A stretch of 61,446 nucleotides of DNA, filler included, from Choristocarpus tenellus KU-1152 (Eukaryota; Protista; Phaeophyceae), in assembly GCA_964200185.2 (NCBI GenBank). It is 12 parts of 12 records of this genome, joined end to end, with 100 filler letters (N's around TTAATTAATTAA, not from the genome) between each part and the next. Parts side by side here need not be neighbours in the genome. Positions count along the whole stretch, not along the records: positions 38,122 to 43,806 come from CAXNAD020010018.1; positions 43,907 to 49,305 come from CAXNAD020010917.1; positions 49,406 to 54,613 come from CAXNAD020011499.1; 9 more parts are not named here. One strand, given 5' to 3'. The notes beneath the pieces are model-generated. The model made no database searches. It was not told the origin of the DNA and saw only the letters and a program-made list of their open reading frames with translations. Positions 38,122 to 50,420 of this stretch are shown one piece after another; within the stretch, counting starts at the first letter, position 1; each line of letters begins with the position of its first letter. The translations under genes were made by a program, and so were the position numbers.

Positions 38122-38903
38122 ATGGTGCATGAGGCCACAACTAGTGGTCAGCAAGGCCCTAGGGGGTGAGACGGTGCATGAAAGCGGAGGATTTACGACC
38201 TCTGCTGGCCGTGTACATCATGATCAGGATGGCATGATACAGGTGGTTGCTGAGGTTACAGCCCCACCATGGATACCTGATATGGCAAAGGATCTGTGGA
38301 CACGCCTGATGGTGTGTGCACACATGGGCGAAGCTGGGCATCGTTGCAGAGCAGCAATGGTGCAGTGGCTAAAGAGGTTGTTGTTCTATGCAGACAAGGA
38401 GCTGAACGTGACCACGGAGATAAAGCCAACATTCCAGTACATGCAGAACCGGGGAGAATTTGAAATGTCTGATATTCTGGCAGTGTGCAGGGTAGAGGGA
38501 TATGAATACTAGGTTATGGTGGATTGGTTGGGATTAAGTGAGGACGAGAGGACATTGGAGCCACTCTCTTCCATTTTAGAGGATGTCCCTGTCTTTCTAT
38601 GTAAACAGTTGAAGAAACTGAAGTTGCATGCTCAAGTGCGCAATGCGATTACGAGGCAGTACAAGAACGACATTTGAGTTGGATATTGTATGCTGTTCTT
38701 TGTCGAGCTGGCAGTTTTGCTACTGTTGGTAGCATGCTTGGCTCTGAGGGTGTTGTAGACACAGCATGGAGGGTTTTCTTACCATAGCTGAGGCGTTTGC
38801 ATTATTTGATGTTTGAACCATATGTGATCCTTGACTGGATCTATACTCACTCCTTCAACAAATAACAGAGCTGTAAGCCCCAACGTGGGGTGGAGTCCTT
38901 ACA
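38122..38903 (+). mobile_element. Internally deleted Ty3/gypsy chromovirus remnant: integrase zinc-binding N-terminus joined to the C-terminal chromodomain, then a possible short 3' LTR (38754-38903)
   Basis: WIPDMAKDLWTRLMVCAHMGEAGHR (His pair of the HHCC domain) runs directly into RLLFYAD..GEFEM..EY*VMVDWLGLSEDERTLEPLSSILEDVP. In-frame stop present. TGTA...TACA boundaries downstream. Confidence 0.8.
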
Positions 38904-39974
38904 TGCCATCATAGGTCAATTCCTGTGGTTGAACTGTCTATAGCACGCCCCCTCGTCCGAACAACTTGACAGCATTACCGATGTTCGCATCATCAACATC
39001 GAACTTGAGTGTCAAAGGGAAACAAACCCACCAACTCATATCGTAAGCTCACTTCAATCCCACTCAGGAAACAGGGACTCAAGAGACCAGTGCCGCTCGT
39101 TCGTGAAAGAAATCCAAAACGAACCAAATCATCGACCTCTTCCCCTCCATGTGTGTCAACCATGATGGTCTACAACAGGTGGAAGGAAGTGGCCGCACGT
39201 GGAACGACCTTACCTCTTGTTTATTGGACAAGAAAAGTAGGTTTGCACCATTGGCGAGCGTGCTGCGAGTTGTGCTGGCTCGGGACAACGTGAGTCCACG
39301 CCCGATCTCCAGATTAGGACATTCCTAGAACGTGTAAAGAAAGATCTTAGCACCGATCAAGACTTTTGACACAAGTGTTCTTCAATCTATTCCTCACGGC
39401 GCTTCTGACCATTGTTTGGGGGTTGAGGGATTTCAGGGAAGAGGGAAACCTTGGAAAGGGAAGGGTTTGGGCTCACAGCATTATGATGTGTAGTGAGGAC
39501 CGAAGCCAAGACAACGAGTTCGTCCAGAAAACGTCATGGAGATGTTTGTGAAAGACCACCTAATACCTCTAGCCCGGGAATACGGATAGACCCTAGAGGT
39601 CCTCCACATCTGGTCCGGTGGCTGTGGGAGTCAGTTCAAGAACAGATGGCAGATGTGGTGGGTTTCTCAGTCTTTAGTGCGGATGAGAATTTCCGCAGTA
39701 CACGACTTCTTTGCCTCCTGTCACGGCAAGTCCTTATCCGATGGAGTCAGGGCTGTGGTGAAGTCTGCTCCCAGGAGACTGGAACTAGGCAGGGTGCGCA
39801 TGCTAGGAACCTCATCCCTCATGGAGACAATCAAGGCAACCATAACACAATACAACTTGAGGATCCGACACCAGAGGAAGAGTGGCGCTACCGCAAAGGC
39901 CATAAGATTCTTCCCGGACAGATAATCGTGACAAAGGTATGTACCCTCCACATGACAGTCCCCCCCACTCACAA

Positions 39975-40233
39975 GAGCCAAAGTATCTTAGAGGGTAGAG
40001 CTGCGTCCATTTTGGGGCCCAAAATCCAATGTTGCAATTTTAGTGTAATCTTGGCTATCGTTTTTTAGGAGATGTCAATGTCCTTGTTCCGGACGCACCT
40101 TTTCATAACATACACATTTTACCTACTCCGAAATGTTTCGGAGTAGGAAAATGTCATAAAAACACCGTGGGAAGTCAAGTCCCAAATGGACAAACTGGGC
40201 AAAACTCGTACCCTCTAAGATACACTTTCATTC
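39975..40233 (+). mobile_element. MITE family B copy
   Basis: GAGCCAAAGTATCTTAGAGGG ... CCCTCTAAGATACACTTT, homologous to 19794-20051. Confidence 0.8.
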
Positions 40234-41899
40234 ACAATGATAGGCCTCTATTTGCCAATGGCGACAGCCCTAACCCGTACGCCTCTTGCCCACCCATACA
40301 CCAAACACGCAATAGATATTGTTGAAAATATGTCACATTCGTGACTTCCTTTATGTCGACACCGCGTGCAGCGTGAGAATCCCACATACGCACTTCTCAA
40401 TTGATCGCAGACCGTCTCTGTACACTTACAATCATCGCCCTCTATTTTGCATAAGTCTGCCAACCGTCAAACTAACCCAAAACTCTAAGTTATTATTTTC
40501 TTCCCTATATTAACGCCTGTCATTTACCACTTGTTACTTGAATAGGTAGCACGTATCACTTCAAAGAAAATGCCATTACATCGAATCAGTCACAGGATGC
40601 TGCCTCAGTACCAACACTGACTCCAACACATACCACCCCTCCCCTTATACACACAATCACTATACCCCTTAAGATTGGACGGATAGGGAAGGCAGACGGC
40701 ACAGTAACACGTATACGAAACTTCTATACCTCGACACATTCAGAACCCAGGAGATAGTCCACCTTCCAGCTTACAAGATCGACCGCGCGGGACGACACAA
40801 CCCACACGTCCCCAACCTCAGTGTCATAAAGTCCATGCACAAGTTCTTCACTGGTCAGCGCACCACCGGAGACTCCCGTACATTGATATACACCGAGTTA
40901 TGCTGCTGCACGAACAGTTCCATCGGCAATCTGCCCCAATGCAGGTGGCAACTAACCCACGTGCCCCTGCTTAAGGAGATAGACCTCGGATTTTCCATGG
41001 AAAAAGAAATGGGCGATAGTATCTGAGGAGCCAGCTGTCGAGGAAGAAGAGAGAGCTCGCTGAGGAGAACATACACATTGTGCGGACGCAGCCATCAGAG
41101 CACAATGATCTAGAGTTCTTCCCTTGCAAGGACACGATTCAATGGAACACCAGGCACCATTCCAAGCTACGGGGGGAGGTTCAGTGCTGGAGATGAGGTG
41201 GTTTTTGTCACTGAAGAGTTCGAGGTGCTGAGTGCCAGCTTTGTTGGTGGAGTGCCAACTATTTGCATGTCACGGATGGACAAGGTGAGAAATGTTTTTT
41301 CTTGTTACTAAGAGAACAATGTTCCACATGAATCAATCGACGCTGTTGATATACAGATGTAAAATATCCCCGAATATCTCCTCATGTACAAAAAAATCCC
41401 CCCACAACATCGAACCCTAACCTCCAAACCACATTTGTTCTAAGTGTAATTTTATTCTCCTACTCCACAACCACAATTGTAAACTTTCATAGAATGTTTT
41501 ACAACTTCCATAGGGCCATAGGCGTTTCCCATGCCTTCATTTCGCTTCCTAGATGTATCCTATATCCTAAATAATACTCTCCATTTTTCACAGCCTAAAC
41601 AAACAACTCCTATACAACCAAACAAGGCTGCCACGCGCAAACACATGCCAATAGTCCAATACACCAAAACAGCCCCTGCAACGAACATTTTTGTGGTGAT
41701 GCAGAACGCACAACCGGGTCCCCGTGTTGTGCCCCTTCAGGCTATCATCATCCCAGACTTCACGGACATCCACCACAACCACCTGGACAACACAGTCACG
41801 ATCCTGCCTGGTCAATACCAGAGGTTCACCTCAGAATCCAACCGGCAATCTCTCGGTGGGATACCTGCTCGCTTCTCAAGGCAATTCAGACTTGGAGGC

Positions 41900-42541
41900 A
41901 CATCCCATGCCAGGTTCGGATGAGGAACCAGCTTCATCCTAAGCGCGAGTGGGGGGGCTATCGTACAGGGGAAGGTCAGTGATGTTCTCATAGATGGTTC
42001 AGGGGCGTACATTTACTCAGTGTCCTACCTTCCAGACGATGGCGAAAAATCTTTGCCCCCTCAACTGAGGTCGTACATGACATAGGACGAGATCAAGGAG
42101 GGTGTCGACCAACTTCGGGAGAAGAACAAGAGGGACAGTGACGAGGGTGCAGCGCAGTGTGTCAGACAAAGCCATTGATCGATTGTTGGCCGCCAGTGGA
42201 AGCGCAGGGACATCGTGAAGGATTCAAAGAAATATATACTCCTTGGATCGAAACTGAGGGCTGTGCTGGATTTAGATGAGGGAGAAACACTCAATGCCAG
42301 AGCCAAGGGCAGGGGACTATACTTCAGATGGGACGATCAGTGGATGCGAGGGACCTTGACCAAGAACCAGCCCCACTACACGGCGAAAGTTGAAGAGGAG
42401 CGAGTCAGCTACCCCTACGAGGTTAAATGGGAGAATGGCGACTTGCGAAATATCCAGCTTCTTGTCGAACGCTGCAGTATTGACCAAGACGCTCCTATAT
42501 GGGCTTGGTTCTGGAAAAGTCCCACACTACCGCCATACTGA
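41900..42541 (+). pseudogene. Stop-interrupted coding remnant with two Tudor/SH3-like beta-barrel-looking segments
   Basis: IVQGKVSDVLIDGSGAYIYSVSY and GRGLYFRWDDQWMRGTLTK..YPYEVKWENGD in one frame, separated by two stops. The fold assignment is pattern-based only. Confidence 0.35.
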
Positions 42542-43468
42542 CGAGAGACACAGCTTTGAGGAGCTACCTAGACCAATTCCAGTTCGTGAGTCACCCTCTA
42601 CTTCGCCAACCAGACAAATGCCTCCGACAGACATGTTGTGGTGGAGAGGTCGAACGTTCTCTACATTAACGGATTTATACATTTGGTATCTTGGTTCTAA
42701 AATCTTCTTAAGAGTTTGTGTCTATGTGTCCTCATACGCATGCTTTTATTGGCCTGGTGGCAACCTAGATTTCATCTGGATTGGCGTATTCTGCCACTGC
42801 TCTCTAATACCTTTACTGCCATGCCCCGTAATACCCCCTCGGATGAGACAAATTGCACCTCGCAATACGATAGTTTGATGTGTTTGTCCTACGGCCAACC
42901 CTATTGTGATAATCCCATTCTACAACCATTGCAGCGCAATGGTTGTGTCTTCACTCACTTTGCGTGCTCTGGAGCACGCAAACCCCTTCCCACCATAACC
43001 ATGCACACTTTGCTAAGACCGTCCATCTCACAAAATCAACCCTCCAACCTGTACTGAACATGGTGCAAACAACAATCGACTCATTGTCTAACCCAACAAC
43101 TAACCCTAACCCAAGTGCACACCTGATTTGTCCAGGGACATCACCTGGAATACGAAACCCACAAACCTTCTTCCTCCCCTCTTTGCGTTGCTCGGACGTA
43201 AGAGGCATTGACAGAAACCTTGCTAAAAAAACGTAGACACAGAAACATCTCGTACTCCATACCACCATCTAAAACACAAGGCGAGATTTTCACAACAGAT
43301 AACCCCTCTTCCACACCCAATCCAAACGGCAACAACCACCCAACTCCAAAATTTGAACCCAACAGCAACTTCCTCAAGCCATAATCACACAGTCTACACC
43401 CACTCAAGCGCCAAGCGCAGGTCCTAAATGCATTTTATTACAAAATATATCAAAAAAGGACAAGCCCT

Positions 43469-43761
43469 GGGTCAAAGTATCTGTGGGAGGGGCGGTGGTT
43501 AGTGAGGGGGCGTCCATTTCGGCCCCAGCGAGGTGCTCAAAATTTACTGGAATAGCTGTCTTCAGTCGTGGAGCGCTATCTCTCCGGACATGGATTTCAA
43601 CTGATTCAGTACCTAGTGAACATGGACATGGACATGTTAGCGCTCCATGACTGAAGACAGCAATTCCAGTGATTTTTGAGCACCTCGTCGGGACCGAAAC
43701 GGACGCCCCCTGACAAACCACCTCCCCCCCCGCCCCCGCCCCAGATCCTTTTGTTGAAACC
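43469..43761. mobile_element. Foldback MITE with ~110-bp inverted arms and a ~60-bp loop
   Basis: 43469-43578 is the near reverse complement of 43638-43752. Terminus GGGTCAAAGTATCTG. Confidence 0.88.
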
Positions 43762-44063
43762 TGAATCGAATGCATCGTACATGTAGGTAAAATGTGTAGA
43801 CTACTANNNNNNNNNNNNNNNNNNNNNNNNNNNNNNNNNNNNNNNNNNNNTTAATTAATTAANNNNNNNNNNNNNNNNNNNNNNNNNNNNNNNNNNNNNN
43901 NNNNNNAGGACTGAATCTCCCCCCCCTCCATACACCCTCCCCCCCCAACCAACAACCCCACCGTCTATAACTCTTGGGAATTGACATCATTACAGCATGT
44001 ACTAGGCAGCCCCATAGAGCAGTGCCCGCGTGTAGACATCTACTCCTATAAGTCAAGCTTTAC

Positions 44064-46995
44064 CTGAGCGTAAAGGTGCATCGTCCAACCCCCAGCACTT
44101 CTACCCAAGATCCCTTCATCACAATCATCGCCAGTGCACCTGTTCACACCAACGTCTCCCCACACCCTCCATACCTCCCTACCCATCTCCGTCACACCCT
44201 TCCCCCCCGTCCGGGACAGCATAGCCCACCCAACAGCGACTGAGAGAAGGAGATACCTCATGGTTGGGACACGCTCTGCCTTTGTTTTTCCTGGTGCAAA
44301 CGCAGCTGACACTGTATCCTGTTGCTGTGGCAAAAGGACGAAGGAAATATATTTTTTTCTTACAAAATTAGCCAACACTCCAAGGCCTGCCCCAGCGGCC
44401 TCACACAGAAGTAGGTTGGGTTGCATCCAAAAGCGGGAATGCACTGCTCGGCTCATGGGGTGCTGAAGAGACAGGTTGGAAAGCACACAATGCCAGAAAA
44501 TAACATAGAAAGACCAAGCTGAAAGGAGAGCTAGCCCAAAAGAGTATGCTGTACTGTTACTATTAGTGCCAGTGAGGTGCAAAGGGGAGGAAGCAGCGGA
44601 TGATGGTGCAGGTGGTGGACTTGTCTGGAAAACAGAAGACAGAGACACTTGCTCGGTGAGATCTTGACGCGCTTCTTGCACCTTACCCTTGCCTCTCCTC
44701 TTCATAACTCCCCTTCCCTCCCTCTTTTTTTTTTCTTCTGATACTTCTTTTGCACCACATTGGCTTTTGACAGTAGAATGATCATCAACATCATCAATGC
44801 ATGGACTCTGGTGCTCAGATCTGGTCACCATGAGGGCCCAGGCAATGCCTAGAGCCGCTAGTGGAGGCCCCATGAATAATGTTTCCTGGCTAGCATTCAT
44901 CAGGTAGCTTAGCACACGTTGGACAGCCCCCTCCCCTCCTAGGCCTCTACTGTCATTTCCCCCAGGTCCTAGTTGCAGGGTGCCATATTCTTCCCGAAGG
45001 ATATGTCTAATGAAGCCTCTAGCAGTGGTTAGGTCTCCCCAGGATCCCTGCCGGGGTCTGTGGGCAGCATACAAGAGGAAGGTATATGGGGACAGACCTG
45101 CAGGAAGCCATAGCCCCCCAAGCTCTAACATTACCCAACATGATGTGAGTTTACCCCTCACCCGACACAATGCAATCAGGACTGCAAGGGCCATGGGGGC
45201 TGCCACTAGTACAGAAGCATGTTGATTGCTCAGAGCAAAACCACATACCTGTCCAACAGATCGGTCAGTGTCACAGTCAGAAGGGAGATAAGAGGGAATT
45301 GGAAGTGAATAGGCATGTGATATGTGATTGTCGAGATATAATGATGCTTCAGTTTTTCATAGACCAAGGCAGACTGGTAGGCAGGACTGGTACTGAAAAT
45401 ACAGTAAGGGATTTTGAGTGAAGAGTCTATATCTATTTAGATGTTAAGTTGTCAAAGGCATATATGGACGAAGTAGGCTTAGTTGGAGAGTGTTTCCTCT
45501 CCCAGCGTATGATAGCAAGTTCAGATAAATGATGAGGAGCGACAACTTTTCCGGACGTTCCAACGGGGGTTACAGTAAAGGATTAATCAAAACGTGTTTG
45601 TATAATCCACCTGTAGCTCTTGATACCCATCCTGCTATTGTACCATCACCATATGTTACGGAAACCACCCCCCTGTTTGCGTTGCAAGAGAAGACATGCA
45701 ATAGAGAACAAGAGCATCACAATTGGTCATGTGTTGACCCAATTTGAATTCATAGCAACTTCAATATATATGAATTCTTCGAACTTGTAACAAGGCTCAC
45801 CAAAGCCCCGACACGGGCTGTTCCCACCGTTGGCCTGCGGATGGTCCGAGATGTGAGGTAGATGATAGCTGCAACCAAGAAGTTGTTAAGGGCAAACACT
45901 TCCGTCCCTGTGCTGTACTCCCAAGCTAAGGGGCTAAGGGCGAAGAGCAATGCACCACCCATAGCCGCAGTGGGATTGTATGCGTCCTTGAATCCCCTTG
46001 TCCAATCTTCAACCGTAAGGCACGCCAGGACGGCTGTGCTAGCACCAAGGATACAACACAATAAGTTGGATGCCCATGCGACTCTGCCCTGGATGCTGAC
46101 CAGGCATTCACCGGGGGGCTTCGGTGCAGATAAAGGCAATGCATCTACAGCCACTGCGCGAGCCAAGGCGTGGTTAAGGAGAGTCCATAGAGGGTAACCT
46201 GTTGGCGAGTGAGTGTTGGGTTGGTCCATGGAAGAGGAGAAGTATCACGTGCGACGACTCTTCATATCCTGTCCTAGGCTATTACCAGGCAAGGCTCAAG
46301 GGCAGACAATGCACAAGTTTATCATCAACCTTGGACCATCGGGGAGGATAGCAGGTGTCGCTCTTGTTTGTTTCTTTCGGAAAAAGAATATCATGCACTA
46401 AATTGTTGATGTTGTTTCATTCGACCGAGCGTCAGAGATCACAGGGAGTCGTCATTTGGACAATGTTGATCCAGATATGGAGAGATGGAAACCATGCGGA
46501 TAACATATATTTCATTTGAGATGGGTCACATCGTTCACTAAAGGATTCATCTACAGAGGAGTTGACATATATCTCCAGACGCCTATCAATCAGCTACATG
46601 AGAACACATCAAGTATGCCGTGCTCTCCATTGTTGATGGAGGACGGGGAAGATGCGGAGGGACGTGTGGTAGTGTTCATTTTGTTTGACGCCCCAATTAA
46701 GTTGTGCTTGACGAATTACGGTGGTTGAAAGGTCCTAACCCACCCACTTTCCATGAGGAAACAGATGTTCACCACCTCGCCAACTCATTCTTCTTGAAAA
46801 GATCTTCATACCTGGAGGGTGTGGAACTCCAGCTTGACAAGCCTCTGCGAGCAGCTCGCCCGCATCGCCTCCAGGAACCGAGGGGAAGGCAGTGCAAACG
46901 AGCAAAAGCAGCACTGAGAAGAAGAGGACAGTATGATGAGTCCCCCACACCCCAGAGTCGTTGGTGATGTATCTTTCACAGGACTTCTTCTCCAT
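44064..46995 (-). CDS. TMEM260: TMEM260/DUF2723 GT-C protein O-mannosyltransferase-like, 3'-truncated; exons 46995-46812, 46198-45801, 45248-44064
   Basis: PSVPGGDAGEL..GVPHPPG|YPLWTLL, EVFALNN, ALSNQH, SWGD..GFIRHILREEYGTLQL and RFWMQP. Phases are consistent. Confidence 0.9.
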
Positions 46996-47232
46996 GTCCA
47001 CTAAGATATATCCACAATCCAAATCTTTCAGATATTGTATGAGAAGTGAAGGTATGTCAGTCGTAGATGATACTTATTTCTTTACACTAAATTTGATAAT
47101 TATCGAAAATTGAAGATATATTATCGCATACTTTTTATGTTGTTCAACTTCTGTGAAGTAAGCTGAATAGGCCCTCAGTACCCATGTATCGCATCTCCGA
47201 CGACAATCCTTGCTGTCACCAATCCAAGTAGG
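46996..47232. promoter_or_regulatory. Putative bidirectional promoter/5'UTR between TMEM260 and NPRL3
   Basis: 237 bp between the divergent inferred ATGs. Confidence 0.5.
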
Positions 47233-48518
47233 ATGCCGAGACCTCGGCCTCCGAAGTGCTGGGAAGTTATTGGAGTGGCCCTCGTCGTGGATGACGTCGG
47301 TGGAAATGGTCAACGGATTGTTTTCCGGTACCCCGCAAAGAACAAGTGTCTTGAAGGAGGCGGTGGGTTTGGCCTTGAACTCCCGACCTTTAATACGAAG
47401 CACCATGTAGTACCAGTGACAAGTTCCTTGCCCTCGATAGATATTGAACAGTATTTCTTATGCTTGATACACTTCGTTATAGAAGTACCAGCTGCACGAG
47501 CAGACATGCATTCCAGCCATGTTAAAGTTGAAGCAACTAATGGTTAGGTCTTAGAGCAAAGGAAAAGCGAGAGTCTGTGTTTCCAATAGGATCACGGAGA
47601 ATACAATCATACACAAAAAAATCCTTTACTTGAATAATGTCGCCTCGATCTTGTGGTAAGAGACCGCAACAAAGGTGGGTTAACTCTCCATTGGTATAAG
47701 GTACATCTTAACCAGCTCTTTTTCTACCCTTCTCTAGGCCGAGCCCCCTCGGGGATACCCATGGCAAATGCGACAATCTTTCACAGTCTATACTCCAATA
47801 CCAATATATTTCGCCCTAAACCGGAGCTGATCGACCAAACTCAGGAGCTGACCATTGATGGAATACGCTTCATTGGCCACCCTACAAAGGTACTCAAGCG
47901 TGCAAGGCGAAGAATGATTCAAGGCGTGAACTGCGTAGTGAAATCTCAGATTGGATTTATTTAGGGATTCTTTCTAGTCAAATATCACCATGTATTGTAC
48001 GGCATCAATTCTTCATACGCCACTCGTTGGCAAGAAATCGCCCACTGTCACTTGCTGTGTTGCCCTGCCTGCCAGAAGTGGAAAGGGTTTCTGAGTATGT
48101 GACTGCAGTGTCAGACTTTGAGAGTTGGGACCTTGGTAAGGATCCCCACCTCTTTCGCTTTCGTCCTAGACTTCGCCTTCCCACATCAAATCGCATTTTC
48201 TACCCTGCTGTCTGTTTTGAATGGTTCTTTTCTGGGAACCTGTTAAATTGCAAAGTTGAACCAACCACAATTCTCCATGCCTTTCATATACCTCCCTCTC
48301 TTGCAAACCATTCTTTCTCCAGGAAAGTTTGACTGCCTTTTCCCCAATCTCGTCCCACAATCCTTCCACCTTTCCCTCTATCGTTCTACCCTCTTATCAG
48401 ATTACAAGGGATAATAGCATATCATCCTCTCCAACTGATGAACAAACGCGGGATGTCAACTTCTTCAATGTAGTTTTCGCAGCCAGGGACAAGGCAAGCT
48501 GCTCCCGGAGGGCAGAGG
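47233..48518 (+). CDS. NPRL3: NPRL3/NPR3 (GATOR1 subunit) N-terminal longin region, 3'-truncated; exons 47233-47362, 47738-47889, 48401-~48518
   Basis: IGVALVV..GQRIVFRYP, IFRPKPELIDQTQELTIDGIRFIGHP and FFNVVFA match NPR3 motifs. The first two junctions are phase-consistent; later exons are uncertain. Confidence 0.82.
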
Positions 48519-49460
48519 GTACCCTGAGTATGTGCTGCGATGTTTACCTTTCCATCTTCGATGAAAGCGATTTAAGATGTGATATAGCTGAAACATTTTG
48601 CCCCATACCGCCTACCCTGTCAGTTGCTATAGACACTTCCAATGGAAGTGTGTGTATATGGGAGAGCAGCTGAGGGAACTGGAGCTCGAGAAGTAGGGTG
48701 TGCACACGCTTGTGTGTTGGGGGGCAGAATCCCGCAAACCTCAGTATATTTGCCATCCCTCCTGAGCCTCTCTCCCCTTCAACCTCACTTAACCTTACTC
48801 AGCAACGATGCAGTCGCCCACTTTTTGAGGCTTGTGTCTGCCCCTTCAAAACTCTCCTGCCCTGTCTGTCCGCAATGTGTTCTGTGCCGCACTGCTGTAT
48901 GTCGCAACACCTTCACACCTACGTGGGATGACTGATGACAGGCGAAAGTCGACATCATTTTTTTTTTTTTTTCATGTACTGTTGTGAGATTTTTTTTTCA
49001 TGTATTATTTCCATGTATTATTTCCTGTAAACAGTATCAAAAGTTCGTGTTTGGGTCACTGTTTTGTAGTGCGGAATGGTGGGGGTGTAAGCGCACACGG
49101 GTTCTACAGTTAGATGCAGGTTTCTACACAGATGCGAAGGCATCCCTAGCAGGCATGGCATGCCGCACACCGGGTAATTGATATCCCACCTTCTGCACTG
49201 AGCACACATAGTCCCCTCCTCATTACCCTCGCCCCCCCCCCCCCCCCCCCCCCCCCCCACCCCCCCCCCCCCCCCGCAACACCTCGGGCGGGCGGGCTAC
49301 AAGGANNNNNNNNNNNNNNNNNNNNNNNNNNNNNNNNNNNNNNNNNNNNTTAATTAATTAANNNNNNNNNNNNNNNNNNNNNNNNNNNNNNNNNNNNNNN
49401 NNNNNTTTGTGGTTTTTGTTTTCTTTTTTTTTCCGACTACACCCTCGGAAAAGTGCAAGG

Positions 49461-49648
49461 GGGCCAAAGGCCCCCGGGGTGGGGGGGGGGGGGGGGTTCT
49501 TCACCAGGGTGTCCATTTGACCAAAATCAGGAAAAAAGTGTATTTACATTATCCATCCGACGTATGGAATCAAATCACCCAAAAATCGCGATATGAAAAA
49601 AATGATCCCAAATGGACAGCCGCCACCCCCCCCCAGATACTTTGAGCC
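49461..49648 (+). mobile_element. MITE family A copy (left end degenerate)
   Basis: CCAGGGTGTCCATTTGACCAAAATCAGG...CAAATGGACAGCCGCCACCCC..AGATACTTTGAGCC. Confidence 0.85.
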
Positions 49649-49891
49649 TCGAGTCAATTTCATCCTCGACCAAGCCAATAGATGCCGCAAATGGTGGAAG
49701 GCAAGTTTCTAATATCCATGCGGACGAGGAGAGGGTAGACTAAACGAAGCTGTAGTACAAGAGTCATGACCCCAAGGTGAATGTCGATCGAATAATGCAG
49801 ACGAGGTAGGAGTCTAACGAACGGTTTGTCGCCTACAACCAAGTATCAAGTTAGCCAGCTTCAAGTTTCACTTTCAAATCCCTAACCCTAA

Positions 49892-50385
49892 GTGAAATTA
49901 ATCTGTGCAGTTACGAGCATGACTTCGACGAGAAGATCGGCATCTGGGGCATTTGTGTCATCAAAGAAGTGCAGAGGACAACTTCGAACCACCAACAGGG
50001 CAACAGCGGGACGAGTACGAGTTCACCGTCACAATCAACTCGGAGTGGTACCAGTACTGGTACGTCAACTGTTGAAACATAGACTACTCCCTCTGTCATT
50101 TCTAGATACATTCCAGTATAATCCACTAGTGTCGATCGTTGGCCTGTCCACTGGTAATGGTTCCTTAGTGTGCAATTACTGACATCCCTCCCATAGAGTT
50201 TAGACTCACTATCAGGGAGGAGCACAATGTCGACACCCGACATGCTCGTACCTACCCTAGGGTGGGGGGCCATTTACACCAGCACACGCCGATGGTTAAG
50301 TGTCTAGGTCAACTCTGCAAGGTATGGGTCTTCCCGCTCCCCTTAATTACAAGGAACCTGTCGGCCTGCTTCCATCTGTTTCACA
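49892..50385 (+). mobile_element. Putative LTR (~495 bp)
   Basis: Starts (A)GTGAAA and ends TTTCACA (inverted termini); followed 1 nt later by a TGG-initiated tRNA-complementary tract. No internal ORF follows. Confidence 0.5.
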
Positions 50386-50386
50386 G

Positions 50387-50420
50387 TGGCGACGACGGAA
50401 GGATTCGAACCTGCGCGCGG
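50387..50420 (-). other. 3' fragment of a mature tRNA-Ser-like sequence including CCA (PBS-like, extended)
   Basis: Reverse complement reads CCGCGCGCAGGTTCGAATCCTTCCGTCGTCG-CCA: T-arm, acceptor 3' strand, G discriminator and CCA. There is no 5' half, so it is not a tRNA gene. Confidence 0.8.

Noticed and set aside
39366-39430. VFFNLFLTALLTIV resembling the LINE RT 'PLLFNIF' motif
   Set aside because: A single short match with no QG or YADD motif in register.
15308-48518. Apparent ER/Golgi glycosylation cluster (PIGW, SERINC, SLC35B, TMEM260)
   Set aside because: Each gene is on a different contig, so the proximity is artificial.
49070-49173. Further NPRL3 exon (AEWWGCKRTRVLQLDAGFY...)
   Set aside because: Its phase does not match the preceding exon without an unidentified intervening exon, so it is left unassigned.
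50387-50420. Functional tRNA gene or phage-type att site
   Set aside because: The 5' half and anticodon arm are missing, and there is no integrase or second att copy.
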